DNA from: Phycisphaera mikurensis NBRC 102666
GTDB lineage: Bacteria > Planctomycetota > Phycisphaerae > Phycisphaerales > SM1A02
Assembly (NCBI GenBank): GCA_945870475.1
Contig: CAMBSR010000001.1
Span: 1 to 34,764, forward strand
Reading direction: 5' to 3'
Length of the DNA stretch: 34,764 nt
The first letter of the stretch is position 1; each line of letters starts with the position of its first letter. The translations under genes were made by a program, and so were the position numbers. Below the pieces are notes generated by a model that saw only the letters and a list, made by a program, of their open reading frames with translations, made no database searches and had not been told where the DNA came from. Shown here in pieces: positions 8,251 to 14,972 of the stretch.

Positions 8251-9084
8251 TCACTTCCCCGAGTAATCGATGATGCGGCTGATCTCGGTGCGCATGGCGG
8301 CGCGGTGGACGATGCGGTCCACGAAGCCGGCCTTCTCCAGGAACTCCGCGGTCTGGAAGCCCGGGGGGAGCGCCTGGCGGATGGTCTGCTGGATGACGCG
8401 CGGGCCCGCGAAGCCGATGAGCGCCTTGGGCTCGGCGAAGATCACGTCGCCGAGCATGGCGTAGCTCGCGGTGACGCCGCCCGTGGTCGGGTCGGCAAGC
8501 ACCGAGATGTACAGGCCGCCCACGTCGTCGAAGCGCGCGAGCGCGGCGCTGGTCTTGGCCATCTGCATCAGCGAGAAGCCCGACTCCTGCATGCGCGCAC
8601 CGCCGGAGCAGCTCACGATGACGAGCGGCAGGCTGTGGTCGGTGGCATGCTCGATGGCGCGCGTCAGGCGTTCGCCGACGACGCTTCCCATGGAACCGGC
8701 CATGAACGTGAAGTCCATCACGCCCACCACCAGCTTGCGGCCCTTGATGAAGCCGGTGCCGGTCTGGACGCCGTCGATCTCGCCGCTCTTGCGCTGCGTG
8801 TCCTTCAGGCGGTCGATGTAGGGCTTCTGGTCGACGAAGCCGAGCGGGTCCATCGGCGCCATGTCGGCGTCGAGGGCCTCGAAGGTGCCCGGGTCGAGGA
8901 GCTGGTCGATGCGCTGGCGTGCGGAGACGCGCATGTGGTGGTCGCACTTGGGGCAGACCATCAGGTTGGCCTCGAGGCTCTTGCGGAAGATCGTCTCCTC
9001 GCACTCGGGGCACTGCGTCCAGAGGCCGTCCGGAACGGCCTTCTTGGCGACGACCTGCGTAGCTGTCCAGGTGGGTTCAGGCAA
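8251..9084 (-). CDS. accD: acetyl-CoA carboxylase carboxyltransferase beta subunit
   Basis: Zn-ribbon CPECEETIFRKSLEANLMVCPKCDHHMR followed by the carboxyltransferase core (GFIKGRKLVVGVMDFTFMAGSMGSVVGE, SCSGGARMQE, ADPTTGGVTASYAMLGD). The track ORF runs to 9510, but that extra N-terminus is Arg/Pro junk. TTG at 9084 is preceded by AAGGAG with a 7-nt spacer. 277 aa. Confidence 0.9.
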   Translation of the reverse strand: MPEPTWTATQVVAKKAVPDGLWTQCPECEETIFRKSLEANLMVCPKCDHHMRVSARQRIDQLLDPGTFEALDADMAPMDPLGFVDQKPYIDRLKDTQRKSGEIDGVQTGTGFIKGRKLVVGVMDFTFMAGSMGSVVGERLTRAIEHATDHSLPLVIVSCSGGARMQESGFSLMQMAKTSAALARFDDVGGLYISVLADPTTGGVTASYAMLGDVIFAEPKALIGFAGPRVIQQTIRQALPPGFQTAEFLEKAGFVDRIVHRAAMRTEISRIIDYSGK

Positions 9085-9137
9085 TCCGTTGCTCCTTGGC
9101 GCGGCGCGGGCCGTGCAGGGGGAGTGTAGCCGCCGCG

Positions 9138-9725
9138 TCAGTCCCCGAGAAGCACGCCGGCATCCGCGGGAAGCACGTACTGCGTGCACCAGCTCCGTCC
9201 CTCGACGCGCTCCCAGAGACGGGAGCCGTCGCCGCGCGCGAGGGCGTCGCGCACGATGGCAAGCGCAATGGAGTGCAGCACGATGCCGACGCGCTGGCCG
9301 GCACGCTGCACGAGGATTTCCGCGAGTGCATCGAGGATCCGCGCCCGGGCATCGGCCATGGCTTCGCCTTCGGGTGGGATCACGGTGAGCGGCGATGCCA
9401 GCCACTCGGCGTGGCGGCTCTCGAAACGTCGTTCGAATTCCGCGAGGCTGAGCCCTTCCAGAAGCCCGAGGTCCGGGTCGGCCAGGTCGGACACGGCGGA
9501 AAGCGAGCACGCGAAACGGCTGGCGATGACGCGCCCGCTCTCGATGGCTGCCTCGTCCGGCGGATGGAGGAGGATCGTCGGCCCCTCGGCCAGGCGCGCC
9601 ACGCGCTGGCGCAGTTCCGCGAGCGATTCCTCGGTGGCCGGCAGGTCCACCTTGCCGCGCAGGCGCTGCGCCGCGTCCCAGGAGGTGTCTGCGGGGCGGA
9701 AGAGCCAGAGCTGCGTGTCGGCCAT
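9138..9725 (-). CDS. histidine phosphatase (phosphoglycerate mutase-like) superfamily protein, apparently lacking the catalytic His
   Basis: 195 aa. It aligns by eye to the RHG...E...H layout: LWLFRPADTSWD in place of LxRHGETxWN, then PPEGEAM and GIVLHSIALAIV. ATG 9725 lies 4 nt after the rpe stop. Confidence 0.55.
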   Translation of the reverse strand: MADTQLWLFRPADTSWDAAQRLRGKVDLPATEESLAELRQRVARLAEGPTILLHPPDEAAIESGRVIASRFACSLSAVSDLADPDLGLLEGLSLAEFERRFESRHAEWLASPLTVIPPEGEAMADARARILDALAEILVQRAGQRVGIVLHSIALAIVRDALARGDGSRLWERVEGRSWCTQYVLPADAGVLLGD

Positions 9726-9729
9726 TGGG

Positions 9730-10419
9730 TCAGCCGCGGATGGCCGTGATGGCGGCGGCGTAGTCGCGCGTGCCGTAGATGGCCGAGGCGGCGATGAGCA
9801 CGGAAATGCCGGCCTCGCGGCAGGCCGGGGCCGTGGCCGGGGAGACGCCGCCGTCGATCATGAGCCGCTGGCCGGGGCGCATCATGGAGAGAAGCTCCGG
9901 TGCCTTCGAGAGGACCGACGCAATGAACTGCTGCCCCGACTTCCCGGGATGCACGCTCATGAGCATCACCGTGTCGACGAGCGGGATGGCGTCCGCACAG
10001 ACCGAGGCGGACGTGTCCGGGTTGAGGACGATGCCCGCGGTCATGCCACGCGCGCGGATGCGTTCCACCAGCGCTGCGGGACGCGGCATCACTTCCACGT
10101 GGAACTGGATGTGCCCTGCCCCCGCATCCGCGTACGGATCGACCCAGCGGCCCGGGTCGGTGCACATGAGGTGCACGTCGAGGAACGCATCGGGGGCGGC
10201 GCGGTGCGCGGCTTCGCAGATCACCGGCCCAAGCGAGATGTTCGGCACGAAGTGGCCGTCCATCACGTCGACGTGCAGCGCATCGCCGCCGGCCGCCATG
10301 GCCGCGCGGCACTCCTCGCCCAGGCGCGTGAAGTCCGCGGAAAGGATCGACGGCTCCACCAGGAGCCGTCGATCGGAGAGGTACGGGTTCAGGGGAGCGC
10401 CCACGGGGGAGGCACTCAC
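9730..10419 (-). CDS. rpe: ribulose-phosphate 3-epimerase
   Basis: [52 protein letters not shown] are Rpe hallmarks. The track ORF (to 10512) overlaps the upstream gene. GTG at 10419 overlaps the upstream TGA (GTGA) and gives 229 aa. GTG 10404 is another candidate start. Confidence 0.88.
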   Translation of the reverse strand: MSASPVGAPLNPYLSDRRLLVEPSILSADFTRLGEECRAAMAAGGDALHVDVMDGHFVPNISLGPVICEAAHRAAPDAFLDVHLMCTDPGRWVDPYADAGAGHIQFHVEVMPRPAALVERIRARGMTAGIVLNPDTSASVCADAIPLVDTVMLMSVHPGKSGQQFIASVLSKAPELLSMMRPGQRLMIDGGVSPATAPACREAGISVLIAASAIYGTRDYAAAITAIRG

Positions 10420-11480
10420 TTGCCGGCGGGCTTGGCCACCTTGGCCTGGCCCTCGTAAACGTCCAGGGCGCGCTTGAAGGCAGGCTTCGAGGCGGGCGCG
10501 GCGGTCATCCACGCGTCGTACTGGATCTCGGCGGCGGCGGCGAAATCACCACGGGCGGCGGAGACTGCGGCCATCGCGGAGAGGGCCTCGGGGTCGTCCT
10601 TGGCGCCGGAGACGGACTTCAGCTTGTCCACCGCGTACTGCGCGGCGTCGAGGTCGCGCTTCTGGCCGCCGGTATCGGTGGCGAGGTAGTTGGCGCACTC
10701 CATGAGCGCGTACTTGTCGGTGGAGACGCGGTCGATGAGGGACTTGATGTAGGCCTTGGCGCCGGCGGTGTCGTTGGCCTGCTCGTTGAGCATGCGCCAG
10801 TTCTCGAAGCCGTACTGGATCAGCGTGGACGGCCCTTCGGTGATGGCCTTCTCGTAGAGGCCGCTGGCTTCCTTGTAGTTGCGGAGCTTGGCAGACTTGC
10901 GTGCGGCGGAGATGGACGGCTCGACGCGGCTCAGGAGCTCGGGGTCGTAGCGGTTGGCGAGCGTCATCTTGATGACGTTGTCGAAGTTGGGGTCGAGCGG
11001 GTTGCCGATGTGCACCAGCTTGCCGGTGCGGGCGATCACGAAGGCGCAGGGAATGCCCTTCTGCCCGGTGGCCTGCATCCACTTCTCGGCGATGAAGGTG
11101 TCGTCCTTCTTCTGGGTGGCCACGGTGTAGTCCATGGCGGAGCCCTTCTCCTTCACGAACTTCTTCACCAGGTCCACGGGCTCGTCGCTGACGCCGATGA
11201 TCTGCAGGCCGCGCGCGCCGTAGTCCTTCTGGAGCTCGGTCAGGTGCGGGATGGAGCGCTTGCACGGCGGGCACCACGTGGCCCAGAACTCCACCACGTA
11301 GACCTTGTCCTTGCTGAAGGTCTCGACCTTGTCGCCCTGGATGAACTCCAGGTGGTCCGCGAAGCCGGCCGGCGGCTCGACGCCGACCTTGAACTTCTTC
11401 TCCTCCTGCGCGTGCGCGGCGGGAGAGAACGAGAGTGCGAGGGCAAGGCTGGCGATGGCGGCGGCGAGGGTGGTTCGCAT
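10416..11480 (-). CDS. secreted thioredoxin-fold thiol:disulfide oxidoreductase (TlpA/ResA-like, WCPPC) fused to a helical TPR-like C-terminal domain
   Basis: Signal peptide [24 protein letters not shown]|QEE, then [19 protein letters not shown] (CxxC redox motif). The C-terminal ~170 aa is helical and TPR-like. ATG 11480 has GGAG 10 nt upstream. The track ORF start at 11564 adds a non-signal Arg-rich extension. Confidence 0.8.
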   Translation of the reverse strand: MRTTLAAAIASLALALSFSPAAHAQEEKKFKVGVEPPAGFADHLEFIQGDKVETFSKDKVYVVEFWATWCPPCKRSIPHLTELQKDYGARGLQIIGVSDEPVDLVKKFVKEKGSAMDYTVATQKKDDTFIAEKWMQATGQKGIPCAFVIARTGKLVHIGNPLDPNFDNVIKMTLANRYDPELLSRVEPSISAARKSAKLRNYKEASGLYEKAITEGPSTLIQYGFENWRMLNEQANDTAGAKAYIKSLIDRVSTDKYALMECANYLATDTGGQKRDLDAAQYAVDKLKSVSGAKDDPEALSAMAAVSAARGDFAAAAEIQYDAWMTAAPASKPAFKRALDVYEGQAKVAKPAGK

Positions 11481-11572
11481 GGTGTGTTGCTCCGAGTGTC
11501 CGTAATGATAGACGGCCAAGCCCCGGCACCGATTGCGCGGGGAGCGGGGGGAAACCCGCGCCATGGCGGCGT

Positions 11573-12826
11573 TCAGGCAGGAAGCAGCGCGTCGACGGAC
11601 TCGAAACGCTTGCCTTCGAGCATCTCCAGGCTGGCGCCGCCGCCGGTGGAGACGTGGGTGAGCGCGTCGCCGAGGCCCGAGACGTCAAGCGAGGCCGCGG
11701 TGTCGCCGCCGCCCGCGATGGTCACGGCGCCCTTGGCGGTGGCGGCGGCCACGGCGCGTGCCACGGCCATGGTGCCCGCGTCGAAGGGCTTGGTCTCGAA
11801 CGCGCCCATCGGGCCGTTCCACACCACCTGCCCCGCCGACGCGCACGCCTCGGAGAAGAGTTCCTGCGAGCGCGGCCCGATGTCGAGGCCCATCCAGCCG
11901 TCGGCGATGCCGCCGACGACGACGGTGGTCTCGGTGCCGGCCTCGAGCTTGCGCCCGCACACGTGGTCCACGGGAAGGAGGATCGTGCGCCCGCGCGCCT
12001 GCGCGTCGTGCATGATGACGCGTGCCTTCTCCACCATGTCGGGCTCCACCAGGCTGTTGCCGGTGGTGACGCCCTGCGCACGGAGGAACGTGTAGGCCAT
12101 GGCGCCGCCGACGACGATGATGTCGACCTTGTCGAGGAGGTTGGAGATGGCGGCGAGCTTGTCGCTCACCTTGGCGCCGCCCACGATCGCCACGAACGGG
12201 CGGCGCGGGGATTCGAGGGCCGCGCCCAGGAAGCGGAGCTCCTTCTCGAGGAGCCGCCCGGCGAGCGCGGGCTTGCCTTCGGCGGCCATCGCCCGAGGCA
12301 GCGCCACCATGGAGGCGTCGGCGCGGTGCGAGGCGCCGAACGCGTCATTCACGTAGGCGTCGCCGTAGGCCGCGAGCTTTGCGGCGAAGGCGGGGTCGCC
12401 CTTCTTCTCGCCCTTCTCGAAGCGGAGGTTCTCAAGGAGGAGCACCTGCCCCGGCTTCAGGGCCGCCACCGCGGCGCGGGCGGCGTCATCGGTGGGAACC
12501 TGACCGGCGAAGAACACCTCGGCCTTGCCGGCCAGCAGCTGGCGCAGGCGCTCGAAGACGGGCTGCAGGCTCTCGCTGGCCTCGTAGCCGGTGCCTGCCG
12601 GGCGGCCGAAGTGGCTGGCCACCACCACGGACCCACCGCGGGCGATGATCGACTCGATGGTGGGCAGCGCACCGCGGATGCGGCGGTCGTCGGTGATGGC
12701 GCCCGCGCCGTCGGTGGGCACGTTGAAGTCGGCACGCACGAAGACGCGCTTGCCCTTCGGATCGAAGCTGTCCACGGAGCGGCGGAGCGAGGTACGGGCA
12801 GGCGCGGTGGCGGCGTGATCGGTCAT
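11573..12826 (-). CDS. pgk: phosphoglycerate kinase
   Basis: [43 protein letters not shown] motifs. ATG 12826 gives 417 aa. The in-frame upstream extension to 12865 (MWVRAWPFPYSGS) looks non-coding. GTG 12775 is a possible alternative start. Confidence 0.93.
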   Translation of the reverse strand: MTDHAATAPARTSLRRSVDSFDPKGKRVFVRADFNVPTDGAGAITDDRRIRGALPTIESIIARGGSVVVASHFGRPAGTGYEASESLQPVFERLRQLLAGKAEVFFAGQVPTDDAARAAVAALKPGQVLLLENLRFEKGEKKGDPAFAAKLAAYGDAYVNDAFGASHRADASMVALPRAMAAEGKPALAGRLLEKELRFLGAALESPRRPFVAIVGGAKVSDKLAAISNLLDKVDIIVVGGAMAYTFLRAQGVTTGNSLVEPDMVEKARVIMHDAQARGRTILLPVDHVCGRKLEAGTETTVVVGGIADGWMGLDIGPRSQELFSEACASAGQVVWNGPMGAFETKPFDAGTMAVARAVAAATAKGAVTIAGGGDTAASLDVSGLGDALTHVSTGGGASLEMLEGKRFESVDALLPA

Positions 12827-12843
12827 ACTCCCACTATACGGAA

Positions 12844-13824
12844 ATGGCCACGCACGAACCCACATTGCCGCCCGATGCGCCGCGCACGGTGCTGGTGCTC
12901 GGACCGACCGCCGGTGGAAAGACCGCGCTGGCCGTGGAACTTGCCCGGAGACTTCCGGGCGGCGGCGAGTGCGTGAGCGCCGACAGCATGCAGGTCTACC
13001 GCGGCATGGACATCGGCACCGCGAAGCCCACGCTCGAGGAGCGCCGCGGCGTGCCGCACCACATGATCGACGTGGCCGATCCGCACGGCGGCACGTTCAC
13101 CGTGGCCGACTGGATCGAGGGCGCGCACGAGGCCATTGCCGCCATTCACGCGCGCGGGCGCCATGCGGTGGTGGTGGGCGGCACCAACCTCTACGTGAAG
13201 TCGCTGATGGACGGCATGTTCGAGGGGCCGCCGGGCGACCCGGCCATCCGCGCGCAGCTCGAGGCGCTTTCCACCGAGATCCTCCGCGGGGACCTCGAGC
13301 ACCACGACCCGATCGCCGCGTCGCGCATCCATTTCAACGATCGCCGCCGCACCATCCGCGCGCTCGAGGTGTGGATGCTGACCGGCCAGCGCATCAGCGA
13401 GCTGCAGCAGCAGTGGAACGACACGCCGCGCGAGATGCCGGCCGGCATGCACGTGGTGGGCCTCGAATGGCCGGTGGAGCAGATCAACCAGCGCATCAAC
13501 CTGCGGGTGCGCGCCATGATCGAGGGCGGGCTCGAGCAGGAAGTGATGCGGCTCCTGGCCAAGGGCCAGATCAACCGCCAGGCGATCGAGGCCGTGGGCT
13601 ACCGCGAGGTGCTCCGTGCGTTCGCGCACGAGATCTCGATTGCCGAGGCCGAGGAGGAGATCAAGGTGCGCACCCGGCAGTACGCCAGGCAGCAGCGCAC
13701 GTGGCTCCGGCGCTTCAAGGCGATCCGCGATGCGGTGTGGGTGGACGGCCCGCTCCGCACCACCGAGGAGGCGGCGCGGGAAGTTATCGAAAAATATTTC
13801 CCGGCCGGCGCCCGGGAGCGCTGA
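12844..13824 (+). CDS. miaA: tRNA dimethylallyltransferase (tRNA isopentenyltransferase)
   Basis: P-loop GPTAGGKTALAVELA, SADSMQVYRGMDIGTAKP, HHMIDV, GGTNLY, and a C-terminal RQYARQQRTWLRR motif. 326 aa. Divergent from pgk with only 17 nt between the ATGs. Confidence 0.9.
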   Translation: MATHEPTLPPDAPRTVLVLGPTAGGKTALAVELARRLPGGGECVSADSMQVYRGMDIGTAKPTLEERRGVPHHMIDVADPHGGTFTVADWIEGAHEAIAAIHARGRHAVVVGGTNLYVKSLMDGMFEGPPGDPAIRAQLEALSTEILRGDLEHHDPIAASRIHFNDRRRTIRALEVWMLTGQRISELQQQWNDTPREMPAGMHVVGLEWPVEQINQRINLRVRAMIEGGLEQEVMRLLAKGQINRQAIEAVGYREVLRAFAHEISIAEAEEEIKVRTRQYARQQRTWLRRFKAIRDAVWVDGPLRTTEEAAREVIEKYFPAGARER

Positions 13825-13835
13825 ACACGGGTTTC

Positions 13836-13853
13836 GTTCCCCTAAAGGGGAAC
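13836..13853 (+). terminator. perfect hairpin just after miaA (possible weak terminator or attenuating structure)
   Basis: GTTCCCC-TAAA-GGGGAAC, 12 nt after the miaA TGA. No U-tract follows, so intrinsic-terminator function is doubtful. Confidence 0.25.
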
Positions 13854-13926
13854 GCGGGGCCGGTGAATCAGGGCAAATCCACCCGCCGCGCCACCCCGCC
13901 GGGCTGGGTCCAACCGTCCGCCGCCC

Positions 13927-13957
13927 TTGACGGACCCCCGTCCCCTCCTCATATAGA
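13927..13957 (+). promoter_or_regulatory. sigma70-like promoter upstream of topA
   Basis: TTGACG (13927-13932), a 19-nt spacer, then TATAGA (13952-13957). With a 17-nt spacer the -10 would be CATATA. It lies ~85 nt upstream of the preferred topA ATG at 14040. Motif match only. Confidence 0.4.
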
Positions 13958-14039
13958 TGTCCCGTGACGGCCGATGGAGCCTCCGGACCGGCCGTTGCCG
14001 GATCGCCAGGCCCCACGACGTCAGGGACACAGCACACCG

Positions 14040-14942
14040 ATGGCAAAGCGCCCCACCAAGCCCGCCAAGACCGCCGCCTCCGATGACGGCGATGACGCCC
14101 CCGCACCCAAGGGGAGCTACAAGCTGGTGATCGTCGAGAGCCCGGCCAAGGCCAAGACCATCACCAAGTACCTGGGCTCGGGCTTCAAGGTGGAGGCCTC
14201 CAAGGGGCACATCCGCGACCTGCCGCCCCGTGCACCCAAGGGCTCCAAGCAGCCCGTGCCGGGCGTGGACCTCGACAACGACTTCGAGCCCACCTACGAG
14301 GTGAGCGAGGACCGCAAGGCGCAGGTCACCGCGCTCAAGAAGCTGGCCAAGGGCGCCGGCGAGATCTGGTTCGCCACCGACTTGGACCGCGAGGGCGAGG
14401 CCATTGCGTGGCACCTGGCAGAGCTCCTGGGTGTCGACCCGCTGAAGGCCAAGCGCGTGGAGTTCGACGAGATCACCCGCACCGCCATCCTGAAGGCGTT
14501 CGAGGAACCGCGCCCGATCGACATCAATCGCGTGAATGCGCAGCAGGCGCGGCGCATCCTGGACCGCATCGTGGGCTATGAAGTGAGCCCGGTGCTCTGG
14601 AAGAAGGTGGCCGGCGGACTCAGCGCAGGCCGCGTGCAGAGCGTGGCGCTGAAGCTGATCGTGGACCGCGAGCGCGAGATCCGCGCCTTCCAGCCGGACG
14701 AGTACTGGAAGGTGGAGGCGGCCATGACGCCCGACGCCGCCAAGGGCGCGGCGCTCGCCAAGGACTGGAACACGTTCATGGCGCGGCGCGACGACCGCCA
14801 CAAGGGCCCCACCGTCAAGGAGCAGTCGGCGTGGCTCGCCGAGCGCAACGGCATCGAGTGCGAGCTGGTGCAGGTGGGCGGCAAGCCGCTCGACCTGGGC
14901 CGCGAGGTGCCGAAGTACGAGGATCACCCCGATTTCGGCTAG
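14040..14942 (+). CDS. topA: DNA topoisomerase I, N-terminal fragment (Toprim domain and first part of domain II), ending at an in-frame TAG
   Basis: KLVIVESPAKAKTITKYLG, GHIRDLP, ATDLDREGEAIAWH, RVQSVALKLIVDREREIRAF are TopA hallmarks. ATG 14040 (MAKRPTKP...) is preferred over track start 13974. It ends at TAG 14940-14942, in the same frame as the next ORF. Confidence 0.85.
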   Translation: MAKRPTKPAKTAASDDGDDAPAPKGSYKLVIVESPAKAKTITKYLGSGFKVEASKGHIRDLPPRAPKGSKQPVPGVDLDNDFEPTYEVSEDRKAQVTALKKLAKGAGEIWFATDLDREGEAIAWHLAELLGVDPLKAKRVEFDEITRTAILKAFEEPRPIDINRVNAQQARRILDRIVGYEVSPVLWKKVAGGLSAGRVQSVALKLIVDREREIRAFQPDEYWKVEAAMTPDAAKGAALAKDWNTFMARRDDRHKGPTVKEQSAWLAERNGIECELVQVGGKPLDLGREVPKYEDHPDFG

Positions 14943-14972
14943 GAGAAGCCTTCGATCGAGATCCCCGACTGG

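Noticed and set aside
6295-9129. 944-aa plus-strand ORF
   Set aside because: It is antisense to lnt and accD, which have unambiguous catalytic motifs. Its composition (R, A, G, H, E runs) is a high-GC antisense artefact.
9085-9510. N-terminal 142 aa of the track accD ORF
   Set aside because: It is Arg/Pro/Ala-rich, overlaps the upstream histidine-phosphatase-like gene, and precedes a strong AAGGAG-N7-TTG start that yields a normal-length AccD.
11481-11572. CGCCATGGCG palindrome and a TATCAT hexamer between pgk and the thioredoxin gene, as possible terminator and promoter
   Set aside because: The palindrome gives only a 4-5 bp stem with no proper U-tract. TATCAT has no acceptable -35 at a 16-18 nt spacing. 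Left uncalled.
14940-14942. TAG in topA as evidence for a reassigned genetic code or pyrrolysine
   Set aside because: No other gene in the window contains an in-frame TAG, which would be expected under reassignment. No pyl genes are visible. A single-site event (error, mutation or local recoding) explains the data better.
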